Under the pieces are notes generated by a model. It saw only the letters and a list, made by a program, of their open reading frames with translations, ran no database searches and was not told the DNA's origin. Positions 50,480-63,526 of a stretch of 64,000 nt of DNA are shown piece after piece. This DNA comes from Lama glama (Eukaryota). The stretch lies in NCBI GenBank assembly GCA_028534125.1, contig CM052838.1, positions 16,058,001-16,122,000 on the forward strand, read 5' to 3'. Both the position numbers and the translations under genes were made by a program. Position 1 is the stretch's first letter. Every line of letters begins with the position of its first letter.

Positions 50480-51305
50480 TCAGAAAATGAGAGAAAAAGG
50501 AGAAACAGCACAGAGGCTCTGTGGAATACTGGTCTTTGAAAATAATTTTCAACAGTTACTAAAAGAAAACTAGAAAGCTTTTTGGCAGCCCCCTTATCAT
50601 AAAAAGGAATGCAATATTGAAGAATTTAAGGAAGCGATAATGGCAGGAGCAGAAAAAAATAATACCCTTCGGAAGCATTAAGGAACAGAAATTATCTAGT
50701 GCAAAATGTAAGGAGTGATGTGGAGAGCACACTGGAGCCATCCAAAAAGCACAGGATGAAAGTAAGAAAGGTTCCTCTTATGATTGATGTTGAAGGCAGA
50801 TAACAGAGATCAAAACCTAAGGATTGCAGGCCTTCCTAGGGAATAAAGCAGAAATTTTAGAAGAGAAGTTAATAGAAGTCTTACTTGAAAAAGTTCGCTA
50901 ACCTGGGGAAAAACCTGAGCATATCAGTAGAAGTAGGCAGAATCCACTAGCAAGGCTGTGTTCTTACCCTAATTTTTAATTTACTGTTACATTACAAATA
51001 TTAGATAGTCGAAATATTTAATGTAAGGCAAAGCAACTGACTGAGAACACATTGATATATTATCCCTAGATGTGCTGTTTCAGGCGTGAGGGTAACAGGA
51101 TGACACTCTGAGATGTGCAGAAATTAAGGCGAGACGTACTCTACCCAAATGAGAAATTAACCAAAAATAAGAATTTAAGGAATGAGATTACATGATAAAA
51201 AGAATTACATATTTTATTCTTCTAGCCTAAAAGAAGAGCTTGAAACCAAAGATATTTATCACTAAATAATATCATCAAACTACAGAAAAACAAGTACAAT
51301 AAAGG
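50480..51305 (+). mobile_element. Highly diverged L1/HAL1-type ORF1 fossil
   Basis: A-rich and frameshifted. 50783-50843 reads IDVEGR*QRS / NLRIAGLPRE, resembling ORF1 D.E.R.RR.NLRI.G.PE, flanked by K/E/L-rich helical peptides. Confidence 0.5.
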
Positions 51306-52644
51306 GTCAACTTAAGTTTTTTTCTTTTCTCTTCAATATTTCATTCTGAGGAGAATAATATTTGACTGAGGTCAGGAATAAGACTTAGGTATAAATACAC
51401 CTACCAGCTCAGGGACTTGAGCTTGCTTATTTGTTTTCTTTTCCCTCAGGTACTATCAACAGAATGTAGATTTTTACCAAAGAACCATCACACAACACTT
51501 GAATTAAGTACTCAAAGAATCATTAACATTTTCTGCCATGCGCTGTGCTCTCTTAAAGTTAATAATTCTGGGTTTGAGAAGCTCAAAGCCCTAATGTTAT
51601 TTTAATGACATCATTTATTTCCCAGGGACCAATGACACTGCCACAGATTCTCATACATTTTAAATGAGAAAACATGGAACTGTCTACATATCTAACAATC
51701 AATATAGAAGAATAAAGATAACACCCAAATTTCAGATCCTTTTAGGGGGAAAAAAAAGGGCTCTAATAAAATGTTTTCCAAAGGTTGCTATGTGTCAGTT
51801 GGCATTCTGCTATATCATTATGATTCAAAGTGATACCTGCCTATAATTGTATTCAAGATAGTTTGACCTGGCATTCACTTTCCCTTGATATTAAAACAAA
51901 TAAAAACTAAATGACAAAAATACCACAAGAAATGTCCAGCACAGATAGCTCAAATGGCCTAATAAAATAGTTGTTTAAAAATTGAGAGCATTTTTCATTT
52001 GAAAACAGGAGGCTAAGTCTCTCACGTATTACTGATGCTAATGAATTCCTAACCACAGTAAACTTTCCTGTGAGAAGCCAAGCTTCCATTGATAATTCTA
52101 AATGTATTCCGTGTTTATAAATGCACACACTTTATCCCTCACATGAGTCCATTAAGTTTAAGAGTTAGAGAAGTAAACAGTGGGAAAATACAGTATGATG
52201 AACTTCAAAGTATTTGCAATTTTTTTGGTACAATTTGGATAAAACATTGAACACTAATTCTAAAACATAACATTTTAAAAACCTCTTAACTTTCTCCAGA
52301 CATTTTAGACATTTCTCATTTAATCCTTTGAAAACATAGTTGACAATCTATGTTTATGCACGGATGTCTGTGAAGATTAAAGCTACATAAGAAAGCTACT
52401 CTCTGACAATACTATGAAATTTATCATCAGAAATGAATGCAAGAGCAGTGTCACTTCTCAGTCTCATTCACAATAAAGTAAATATACTTGGATTGTTTTA
52501 AATTGTCGCTCTTTATAATAGTGTTATCATATTCAAAATTTGTAAGTATAGTCCCCCAGACAGCCTTCAACTGAGTTTTCTTGGTTGTTGGGCAAAAATC
52601 CTTCTGAAGTTCTATATTCCACCTGTGCCTGATGGAGCATATAA

Positions 52645-52810
52645 AAACAGCACCTCAAGGTAAACTGTACTTGAATTCAAAGGATGTGGGTTTAAGCCCC
52701 AGTTGTGAGACTGTGTGACTTAACTGAGTGATTTCACCTCTCTGGGCCTCGGGTTTTCTTAACTGTAAAAGAAGGGAATCGGACAACATGGTCCTCAACT
52801 CTGACTTGCC
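52645..52810 (+). mobile_element. MIR SINE
   Basis: GGGTTTAAGCCCCAG..CTGTGTGACTT..ATTTCACCTCTCTGGGCCTCGGGTTTTCTTAACTGTAAAAG. Confidence 0.75.
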
Positions 52811-55800
52811 GCGGTGGGAAGATCACGATGTCATTCACTGAAATACATACATCAGCGGACCAGTGCCACCCTCTCGCATGGAAACACCACCACCAGTGAC
52901 AACAACAACACATACACGGACTGTCACAGACCCAGCTCTCTGCCCAGGAATACTCTGTAACTTAGCAGCTAACAGATTTTGAGGAATGCCGTCCCAGACC
53001 AAAACAAAAATAACCTCTGTTTATGAGGGAAAGGTTGTATTTTTGGAACAGCTGTCGCTTACAAATGAATGTATTCGCTCTTCCTTACAGACAGTCCCCC
53101 AAAGTGGCTTTGGCCAGTATGCAAGCAATTAGGTTCAGAGCTGGATCCAGGGGAATGAAGCAGATTTAGAGGCAACACTGAGAGAAAGGCATCTGCCTCA
53201 GGAAGTAAGTATAATATTGGCTGCCTTCCTCTTTGGAGAAAAAAATGTGCTGGCCTTTTGTAGTGAGATCTACACATAATCGAGGATTAAGGTATTTGAA
53301 GGACGAAGTGATGGCTTATACACATCCCTAACAGAAGCCCTGTGAACCCACACTGCTCAGTTCCCTGCTTAGGGGAAGAATTCCATCAAGGCACCCAAAA
53401 GCCACAAGGACTCCTCAGGAAACAGGGCAAACTCACAAATTCTTAAAACAGCAAAAGGCCTTAGGAATGCGCTTATTTATAAAGAATCTGCTAAAAGCAT
53501 TTTCTAAGTAGGCAGAGACATAGGTTAAGTACTAGTGACAGCCCACTTTGGCAAGCAAGCAGCGTTCCCGGAAGACATATGCAGGACGTTTGGTCCTTCC
53601 TAAAATCAGCTGGGAGGCAATGTTTTACCTGTTAACTCTACGCGATGCACCAAAACACCGAGTTTTCCAGCAAATTTGTCCATTACCGGGTACATCTGAG
53701 GGCCACGCTTCCCTATTTAGAAAGGCTTTCAGAACTGTTGACAAGCATGAGCCTCTGCTTTCATCCAAATATACCCCAAAATGCTGACATATGCTGAGGC
53801 AGGGGGAAGAAAATTTTAAAGCTGGCATTTCCTTTTTCTGACAGTAGTATGTTAATGCAGTGAACAGAATGTGGGCTTTGGAGCCAGCCAAACGTGGACT
53901 GAGGGCCTAGCCTGACCCTTCCTGGTGTGTGACAACAGCCAAACTGTTTTACTCTCTCCATGCATCTCTGTTGGGTTCGTCTCTCTTATTCTTTGGAGAG
54001 CCATCACTGCACTTTTTACCTGCTATACGTTCTGCTCTCAACTTGCACTGACTTGAAGAATGTATGCATTGGTACACAGCTTGCCAACCAGGGTAAAGAC
54101 GGACATTTATGTAGGTACCTAGGGAAAGACTTTTAATTAGGTAAAATCCAGTCCCCACAGATCACAAAGAAAGATATCATGAAAGATTTTATATCTGTGT
54201 ATATAAATGTACATACATATGTGTGTATGTGTGTATATTATATCTTTGTGTTGTGTGCACGCATGTGTGCGTGTACAGGTGTATGTACATTTGTGTACCT
54301 CGTATATGGAGACATACACGTGTGTGTGTATGCATAGTTGAAAATACTGGAAGTTCCTATGTCAGAACTGAATTGTGGGAAAATGGTGGTGAAACTTAGA
54401 GCTGCCTATTTTAAAAATATAAGTATCCAGAGACATTTAAGTAGAAATATCTATGGCAGATTAATATATTCACTTAAAACCTTATTAGCTTTTATTTCTT
54501 TAGTGGGGAAAATGTAAAGGACAGGTATTTTGAGAACAGAAAGGGTGTGAATCCTGCCTTTTATCCTCATTATCTTTGTACTGGGGGGTAGCATTTAATC
54601 TTCATGGGCCTAATCAGTAAACACCTACTTCCAAAAAAAATTGTATCTGGGTTACTTCACACAATTTGTGGCACTACTGGGCACTCGGTGAATACTGGCT
54701 TTCCATTTCCCTAAAGAGGGATTGGGAAGCATGGAGAGGGGTTGGTCAGGTGAGCTGGAGGGTGAGGTTATTAGCAGAGGCCAATAGGAGAAAAGACGGG
54801 AACTCAGAGGTGAGCTTGCTGGAAGGATGAACTCTTGGTGGTGTCCAGCCTTCCCGAAGGCAGGAACACCTCCCTCCATAAATTAAGGCTAATTCCATGG
54901 CTAGGATTTCTGATCCTGGCTCAAGGCAGCTGATGGAAAAGATCAGTGAAACAGAACAGAAATTCATGACAGGTTCACCATTCTGCAAAACCCTGGGTTC
55001 TCAAGAGAATAAAGAGGAAATATCATGCCTCAGAAATTAATGACTGCATTCTGCATTCTGTTAATCACCAGCCAAACTTGCTACTGAAATTATAAAATGC
55101 CACATTTCCCTAGAGCTGGAGCTCTGTACCCCAGTGCCGTTTCCATAATATTTAACGCTATCCCCAATGAGGGACTGTAAATTCCACCCACATTTATTTG
55201 GCTCCCATTTGATAAGTGAATAGTCCCTGATACTGGAATCAAATTTCATGGCTAATAGGCTCTCTGATTACTAAAAATTGTTAGTATTTAATTAAAAAAA
55301 TGTTGCTTAGCCAAGATGATCATTATTTTCTAATGGAAGTTGGATCGTTTCACGACATCTTTTCCTGCCACTGCTGGGGCGTTGGCAGCATTAATCATTA
55401 TTCACAAATGGGTTGCCTTGCCCTGGAATTTGGTTGTACAAGTAATGAGAGCTTTTTCCAGGAGTTTTAAGCTGCATAATACATTATCCTCTTCATAAAA
55501 TATATACTGTGTGTCTTTTGGGATTAGATAGCTTTGGGGCCTTGGAAAACATGATCAGAATACATTACAGAAACATACAACTGGGCATTGTTTCCACAGA
55601 TTTGCTCAGCATGCTCTTCTGAGTTCGGGAGGATTTAGTTTCTTCATTAAACCACGTGACAATAGAATATGGGCCAGTATTGACCAAGAAGGAGGAGTGG
55701 GAGGCTTGGGGAGTGGCAATACGGAAAAGAGGGTGCCAGAAACCAGACTGATCAGCTGGGAGAGACAGGAGATGGATACATGTCAAGTTTCAAGGTGAAG

Positions 55801-56019
55801 GGCAGAAGGAAAGACCAAGGGGGAAAAAAAGCTCAGATGGTGGTCACAGAAGCAAATGGATGAGGGGGAGAGAATGGGTCACTGTGGTCAACACCAACCA
55901 CCTGGCCAGAAGTTCCTTTTATGCGGTGCCTGGAGCTCTCGGTGAAGGCCAAATAGTGCCACTAAAGCTCCCTGTAGGTTTGGCACATGAAACTGTGCAT
56001 GGCTCCTGGAACCAAATAC

Positions 56020-56250
56020 TAGCCAAAAGTCATGGGCTCTGGGTTCCAGTAGTCTGAACTTGATCCCTCACTCTGTTGCTGTGAACACTGTCATTTTTGT
56101 TGAGTTATGTAACTTCTCCAAGCATCCTCATCTGCAGAATGGATATAACCATCACACCTACCATCAGAGGGCCACTGGTAGGATTAAATGAGAGGACATA
56201 TGATTAAGAGTTAACATTCTGCCTGGCAAAACATTAATTATATGCAGTAT
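56020..56250 (+). mobile_element. MIR SINE
   Basis: ATGGGCTCTGG..CCTCATCTGCAGAATGGATATAA..CACCTACC..AGGATTAAATGAGA..TGCCTGGCA. Confidence 0.78.
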
Positions 56251-56704
56251 TATCATACGAAATTATATATGGACAATATAAGAATATGATAAGGAAAAGG
56301 TGATTCAAAGATAATCATTATAAAATAAGCTTGGACTACATTTTTCAAAAGAAAGTTCCCAAAAGTAACTAATTCAGAACATACAGGACTCTGAATACTA
56401 GGTATGGTTTCAGTTTATCAAAAAAATTTTTAAGCAATTAATGAACAGTTAAATCCCTTGGACATCCTGTAAGGAACAAGATCAATATTTTAAGGTTTTA
56501 TGAGGTATTAGATTGCTAATTATGGAAGAGTGTTTGAGATTTTTCTTCGTTTTAGTTTCTTTCTCTCTCTCTCTCCCCCTCTGTCCCCACTAAGATTCCT
56601 TTCCATGATTTCAGAGGCACTTGTGAGCACATCTGTGAACCATAAAGACCCAACCCTGCTTGAGTTGACTCGCCTAAGAGCATTCACAATATGCGATATG
56701 CACG

Positions 56705-56910
56705 TCATATCTACAGTTTGCCAAATCCCTGCACATTCACTTTCCCCATTCATTCTCACAACAACTCTGTAAAATACCTGTGATACAGACGCCATTAATA
56801 TTCCAATAAAAAGAAGAGGAAACTGAGCTTCACCAAACTTCAGTGCTATGCGGAAACTTATACAGAGAACCCGGTCCAGAGCCAGACAGCTCCCGAGTGC
56901 CCTCCAGTAC
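56705..56910 (-). mobile_element. MIR SINE
   Basis: CATTCATTCTCACAACAACTCTGT..AAGAGGAAACTGAG. Confidence 0.68.
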
Positions 56911-57814
56911 TACAGTGTTCATAAAAGGTCATGCCATAGCTACCAGGCCTGTCTGAAAGGCTCATGTGCTTAAGTAGAAAAATCTGTATCACAGCACTTT
57001 GATAATTGGTTAAATAATGTAAATGAAGAAAGGAGAAAGGAGAGAATGTTTCTCCTGCCTCGGGTCAGGGGCAAGGTAAGCTTCTCCTACAGGATCTGTT
57101 AGGTGAAGTGTATCATGTGCATACAGCTGAGACAATGCAGGTGCCTGTGGATTATTGTAGCTCAAGCCTGTGGCCCTGATGCCATGAAGACCAGACTCCA
57201 ATCTGCTGTGCTCCACGTTCTGCCCGGATGGAGCTGGGCGTGGTGCCCAGTGAAAGTACAGAGGATCCTTTATGCCCTGACTTTTTGGCTTGCCCCTGTG
57301 CCAGGGGGCTGTCTGGCAGTGCTGGACCCACCGATCGTTCTCTGGAGTGGCGCCAAGGCTGGCGAGGCAGTCTGACTCCATCCAGAGGCTTGTCTACCAG
57401 ACGGAGGAGTGTTGTCTGTGATCTGCCACGGCGGGGTTCTCAAGTAAGTGTGACTAAAAATACATCCTGTCTGACTCAGAGGGGCACTGTCAACTTGGAT
57501 CTCAAAGTAAAGGAAGAGTCTGTGGCCTCGGTGAAACAGAAGCCGTGCTGATGATTATAAGTTGTAATCTAATTTCATCTCGCATTGATTAGTAAAACAG
57601 CTTGTTAATAATCTGATCATCTTCACAGTTAATCTGGCTGTTGACATGGGGTAGCTACAGCAAGTCACTACCCCAAGGTCTGTTGGCTAAACAATGACAT
57701 TGAGCTCATCATTGATGTGACACTTCTTCCCTCTCTATCCAAAAACAAAAACAAAAAGCAAACACACATTGCAGGGAGGAGAAAGAGGGAATCAGAATAT
57801 AGTTATAGATGTGA

Positions 57815-57990
57815 AAACGTATGGGCGGTTGCTGTTCACTGGGCACAGAATTTCAGTCATGAAGGATGAAAAAGTTCTAGAAATCTAGTGCACAACATTG
57901 TGCCTATAGTTAACAATACCAAACTGGACGCTTAAACATTTTTTAAGATGGTAGATCTCATTTTATGTGTTATTTACCACAATAAAAAAA
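57815..57990 (+). mobile_element. L1MA/L1MB 3' UTR fragment
   Basis: GGGCACAGAATTTCAGT..GATGAAAAAGTTCTAGAAATCT..CACAACATTGTGCCTATAGTTAACAATAC..TTTACCACAATAAAAAAA. Confidence 0.82.
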
Positions 57991-58029
57991 TGGCGGATGA
58001 TCGCCTATAGGAAAGAAAGGTATGTTGAT

Positions 58030-58270
58030 TTTAGCATCGTATGTAATAAATCATGGGCCTTCAGTCATAAAAGTTTAGCTTTGAATGCCAGCTCAGCCCC
58101 TTACAACTAAAAACTTATTTCATCTCTCAGAGCTTGGTTTCCTCATCTATGACATGGGGATAATAATCCATGCCTTTCGAGGCTTTTACAAAGAATAAAT
58201 GAGACAGTAATTAGGAAAGCACACAGCTTAACACTTGGTCCAGAACAAGCATCCTTCAAGTTTACTGTTC
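58030..58270 (+). mobile_element. MIR SINE
   Basis: TTTGAATGCCAGCTCAGCC..CTCTCAGAGCTTGGTTTCCTCATCTATGACATGGGGATAATAAT..AATAAATGAGA. Confidence 0.8.
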
Positions 58271-59520
58271 TCCCCTTCATCACCATAGCTTTATGTTTGC
58301 ATGTTTCTCTGTTTTAAAGTGAAGGATAGCTCTGAGGTGATGGCCTGCAGTACCAGTCAACCTTTTAACTTAAATGCAGTTCTTGCCAGAAATTCCCTCC
58401 TGGTAATTACCTCCTCTTATTTCTTAAAAGCCCTTGTGAGTGGACCCAGATCCCTCCAAGGTCCATTCCTACCCATGATTCTACTGCTGAGAATCAAAAT
58501 AACAGATGAACAACAAGGAACAGCCCCAGACTCCATGCAGAAACATCAAGTGCATATTGTTGCTCTTTACATATGTGCAACTCATAAGCAGCTTTGGAAT
58601 ACAGATTGTTGTCTCAGCAAGATATACTGTAAAATCTCAATTTCATGTAGAAGAATTCAGGTCACTCAATGCATGTGTCCAGAAGTCTTCTATCCATGAC
58701 ACATGGTAATTAATAGCACAACTGCCCATCGCTTTATTCAGCACAGTAAGTTTTGCACTATGGAAAGTCACCTTAAAGATATCATAAATTATTGTAAGCA
58801 TAGTATGAAAGGAATAATTGCCCCTTCACCTGTCCACAGAGAGAATTCAGAAGAACACTTGACAACTTTTGCCCCCAACATCTAAGTACCAATTTTAACT
58901 TATTCCTTAAATAAATGAGAACTATCTTTCCTACAACTGATAGGAAATATTTAAATAGATAACTCATACATGGTGACATATTTTCAGAAAGGCAGTAATG
59001 CCACTGTATTAAAGAGAATGAAAATTCAAATCCTGAATTGATTTTAATAAGACGCCTGGGCTACAGTTTAGCATAGCAACAGTGCTAAAAATAAGCAATG
59101 AGGATACAATTTTTTTCACTTTCATTAGAGAAAACACACTGCATGCCCAAAGATGCTCACAAGGAATAAATACACTGTGAAGGTAAAATAAGAGCAAAGA
59201 AACCACAGGGTTTGAATTTTATATCTGTGCCTTCCGGCTCAGAATATAGGGAATTAAAATAAGTCTATATTTTAATATGTTGTCTTGAATACCACAGGCA
59301 TTGATACACATCTGTTCATTCCTCTAACATCAATTTAGTAATAGAGTAGGTGGATGCATTTGACCCCAGGTCAGTCCTCACTTTCTGTGACCCTGAAGCT
59401 GCAGTAAATTCAGGAAATCTTGCTGCGTGAGTCTGGCTGGAAAACATAAGTACAAGCTGTTCAAACTACAGGACAGCATGAGAAAGAAAATCAAACCCAC
59501 TGTATATAATACAAACTCTA

Positions 59521-59541
59521 TTCAGGACCATGGACAGCACT
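59521..59541 (+). promoter_or_regulatory. RE1/NRSE-like REST binding motif
   Basis: TTCAGGACCATGGACAGCACT versus consensus TTCAGCACCNNGGACAGCNCC. Mismatches only at positions 6 and 21, with correct half-site spacing. Confidence 0.6.
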
Positions 59542-59669
59542 TATTAAAATTAAATTCCGTTTTAAGTCTGCACTTTAGAGACAATTTCTTTGGGTTCTAA
59601 AGAATACAGGTAAAAATGAATTGCCTCCTCTGAGAAAGGTGGTGTAGACAGAGGGCTCCTGTACTGAAT

Positions 59670-59935
59670 TTTAGTCCCTTGGGCTTGGGCAGTATGCCGG
59701 ATCCTTGCGAGGTGCTCTGGAGGCTCCCAACAAGACAGGCCAGGGCCTCTGCTGCCACTGAACTCACAGTCTAGTTGGTAGAGACAAGGAAGCCAAAAGA
59801 ACAAGGTAGTAAGAAATGAGCTTTATGCTAAATCGTGAAGGATTTAAAGAGGGTGGAGATGGCAGAGGAGGTTAGGTAGAAAGTAAGAAAGAGTGGGGAG
59901 CAAATCAGGTAAGAGGAAGATGTGCTCCAGAGAAG
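59670..59935 (-). mobile_element. LINE-2 3' fragment
   Basis: TATGCCGGATCCTTGCGAGGTGCTCTGGAG..AAGACAG..GAACTCACAGTCTAGTTGGTAGAGACA. Confidence 0.6.
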
Positions 59936-59944
59936 GGCGGGGAA

Positions 59945-60155
59945 CTAACATTTTCCACAGTTGCTTCCACAAGTCAGCTGCACTCGTTGTCTCCCTTGTC
60001 CTCACCTTAGCTCTGTGAAATATGGGTTATTATTCTTATTTTAGGCAAAGGAAAATAAAATTGAAGTACACTAAGTAGTGTGCTTCAGATCATGCAAGCG
60101 GAAAGTGACACAACTCAATTTCTATCTCATTCAAAGGTCAAGGCTCTCTCTATTG
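59945..60155 (-). mobile_element. MIR SINE
   Basis: CTCTGTGAAATATGGGTTATTATTCTTATTTTAGGCAAAGGAAAAT..AGATCATGCA. Confidence 0.62.
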
Positions 60156-60934
60156 CCCTCTCCTCCTTTGTATCTTGTGGATTCCAGGATACGTCTATAG
60201 TTCTGAACATAACATATGCAAATATGTATATTAAAATAGGAACCCAGTGAAATAAGGATTCTGGAGACCCACAATTTTGTGTGTATATTTCTGAGATTTA
60301 AGGATATTTAAACATAGGCACTACGGAGATAGTTTCTGCTTATTCATTCTAGACTCAGTGCTCTGTTAATTAAAAAGAAGTACTAACAAATTACAGATTC
60401 AGCTAATAAACGATCAATTCCTCATATGCATGAGAAATTTGCAAAAGATTACAAGAGCAGAGTAAGAAGTCCAAGAGAAGGAACCAGCTCTTGCCTCATT
60501 GCTTTTGCTACATGGACATAAATACAAAAAGAGTACAGGTTCCCTGACCACCCACCTCAGATCACTTCTAATGTAGTCCTAGATCACTGCTTTTTCTTCT
60601 ACAAAATTTTCTACTTTTGCAAATGTATGACTATAACATTAAAAGACTTATGATTTAAATAAAAATCTCTGACATGTAGTGAAGCAATAATAATGAGAAT
60701 ACATTTTACAAATATAAATTGAGGGTCAAAAGACATAAAGGACTTTCCTGAGATCAAAGAGTAAGCATAAAGTTTAATTTAATGATAATAGGAGATGCAC
60801 TGTGCTCAAAGGGAAGTCTAGAGATGATGGACCTTACTCAAACCCCTGGTGTGTTGGAGAGGGTGATAAATGCTTGCTTATCACACATGCGCTCTTGTAC
60901 TCTCCACTCAAGCATATATCCATCAGCCCTTCAT

Positions 60935-61250
60935 TTCACTGACTCATTCATTCATTCATTCTGTAAACATCTTAAAAACTATGTCTAAGTTTCACATCCT
61001 GTGAAAATAAAAAATAAGACTTCCAGTCTTAAAGATGAGAAACAGAGAGACAATAAATACTGAACTATAACGATATATAGTAAACACACTATTTGTTTTT
61101 CACAAGATATTTTGAGAGGTAGAGTGAAAATTAAAACCAAGTAGAAGGCACCAGGGAAGGCTTCCTAAGGTACATGCTTGAGATGAATCTTAATAAATAA
61201 ATACTAGTTATCCAAGGAAAGAGTGGATAAACTATTGTGGGAAAAGTCTG
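60935..61250 (-). mobile_element. LINE-2 3' fragment
   Basis: (CATT)n tail, then CAGGGAAGGCTTCCTAAGG..GCTTGAGATGAATCTT. Confidence 0.65.
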
Positions 61251-63526
61251 TGCTTCAGAGGAAAACTGTACTGTTTATAGCATGTACTTCCAGGTTATCT
61301 CATTCTAACCTTGCATCAGGCTGTCTCACAACTCTAAATTGTAGACAACTAATAGCAATGCAAAACAACTTCTGCCTGTAGACGTGCAACATTCTGTTTC
61401 AGGGCGTTGCAATTGACTTCCTTCTCCCACTATGGAAGAAGTCAGTTTTGCCTCCATTCACGCCTCTTTTCAATACTCCAGATCTACAATTATGTCTGTT
61501 CTTTGGATTCTCTTTGGAACTCATTTATAATGTCTTACCGGTTCCCTCACTAATGAGTTAAATTAAATTTGTAATATGGGCTCATTTTATATGTTCATGA
61601 GGAGTCCTGATTTTGTCTGTTTTTGAAAATGATTCTTTAACAGTATATCCCACAGTGAAGATATTACTAGAACAAATGAGTGTCTATAAGGAGCATCGTG
61701 CACTCGGAGAACTACAATGACAGGTTTGGGAGGATAAAAGATTATCCTGGTCATATGACTGAAATTTTATTCTCCACAGCAAACCAGTGTAGTCTCCAAA
61801 CTGCCAAAGAAAGAGATATCAGAGTTAAGGCACCATGTGCTGTTACTGTTTACAAATGTATTCTATTACCCTTTTTTTCCTTACTTACGAAATAAGAACT
61901 ATAAGGACACAGTCCTCCTAGAACTCAGGAACTGCCAGTGTCAAAAGTGATTTCAACATGTTTCAATCTGTTTAAACTGTCTTTATTTCAAGCCAGTGGG
62001 AATATAGTCCTCAAATATTGAAAATTCTGAGCATCCACAGTAAGAACTTTCTACTCTTAGGAAGAACAGAGATTTAGCTGTTCTCCCCACTGGATTTACA
62101 AAAAAATACAGAGCAACACAAGACATGACCAACTGAAGCAGCATTAGAAAAAATGGGAACCAAGAAGAGGCAAGGAAAAACACTCCTTTATAATTTGAAA
62201 TATTTTTAATCTATCTATTCTAGTTAGAGTATCAAAGTTTTCTTCAATATTCTGAAAACAACATGGGAGGCTTTGTTTCTTAGGAATGGTAATAACTTCT
62301 GATTGGTAGCCCATAATGAATGGAGCTTGCAGATCCATCAACAGAATAGTAATATCCATTTCTTAAGTAGTGACATAAAACACATTTTTTTTTCAAAACT
62401 GTGGTTGGAAATATGAAAGAGTAAAATGAGATGAAAGTCAAAATAGCCCAGTCTTTCAACCCCAGGATCAGAGCCAATATTGCTGTGATTCCATGTCAAT
62501 GATGGGGTCATAGATGCCTACCTCTCCCATCCAGGAACGGCAACCTACCCACCGTGGAACAGTTCATATGAGGGTGGTGCCCAAGGGATGAATTTGCACA
62601 TGAAAGGACTATTGGCGTGTTTTAAGTTCCTGAGAATTAAAGGCTAAAGTCTTTTCCGAATGCTCCATCCTCAGGGATGGCCAAAGTCTACATGAGGGGA
62701 AGGCAACCACAAGGTCACATGCTTAAATGAAACGGACTTGAGATGGTCAAGCAGCTTACTGTGAGAAATGTACAAGGACTACAGCTCAGTGCCTGAAGAG
62801 GGCCAAAGAAATGGCAAAGATCAAGACATTTGTTTATTTGAGCCAAGAGTACTGTCACTGCTATTATTGAGAACTGAGTTTAGTTACACGTGTGCCAAGC
62901 ATGACACATTTCCAACCACAGGATAGCATGGGTTTTTCAATTTCTCTTAGGAAAAAAAGAGGTAATTTTTAAAAAATGCAATAATATGTTAGTAATGCTT
63001 ACTTATAAAACATGTATATACAGTGAAATTGCATCCTATTTCTTTGATATGTGCAGTCACTTGGATAATCAAGTAATTTATATCTGTATTACCTTGAAAT
63101 TATTAGCAGTAACTAAGAATAAAGAGTTAGAATATTATAATTAAAGGTTGAAAGAGGCATGGCTAACTTGTAAAATATTAACCCTGACAGATGCTTCCTA
63201 GAGAGTATCTACTGTACAACACCCATTCAGGTATTTAATTAAAATCCCCGGTCCACCTAACACGGGTCCATGGGAATAACAGTGCATTATTCAATACGAC
63301 TCAACACTAACAGATGTGTGCACTCAGTTGAAACAACTTTACCTAAAATAACATGGCATAAAGAGGGCTGATGAAATTGTGTATTTAAATGGGACAGGTC
63401 TGCCACAATGGACACTTAGAAATGTTTTAGGGATAATGAATGTGGCTGGGAAAATAAAACTAGCTTCTTCACATAGGTGGAGATCCATGTTTTTCAGATT
63501 CTTTAAAAGTCATGTTTGAACATCTA

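Noticed and set aside
51420-51605. Strong plus-strand acceptor TTTTCTTTTCCCTCAG at ~51449 (similar ones at ~654 and ~27092)
   Set aside because: No matching strong donor and no recognisable peptide in any frame. Isolated acceptors are common in AT-rich DNA.
57548-57620. Possible C/D-box snoRNA (TGATGA ... CTGA about 65 nt apart)
   Set aside because: The C box lacks the leading purine, there is no terminal stem outside the boxes, and I recognise no rRNA guide.
58301-58699. 132-aa plus-strand ORF (also the 151-aa ORF at 16203-16658)
   Set aside because: No homology I recognise, the composition is typical of translated non-coding DNA, and the length is within chance expectation for six frames of 64 kb.
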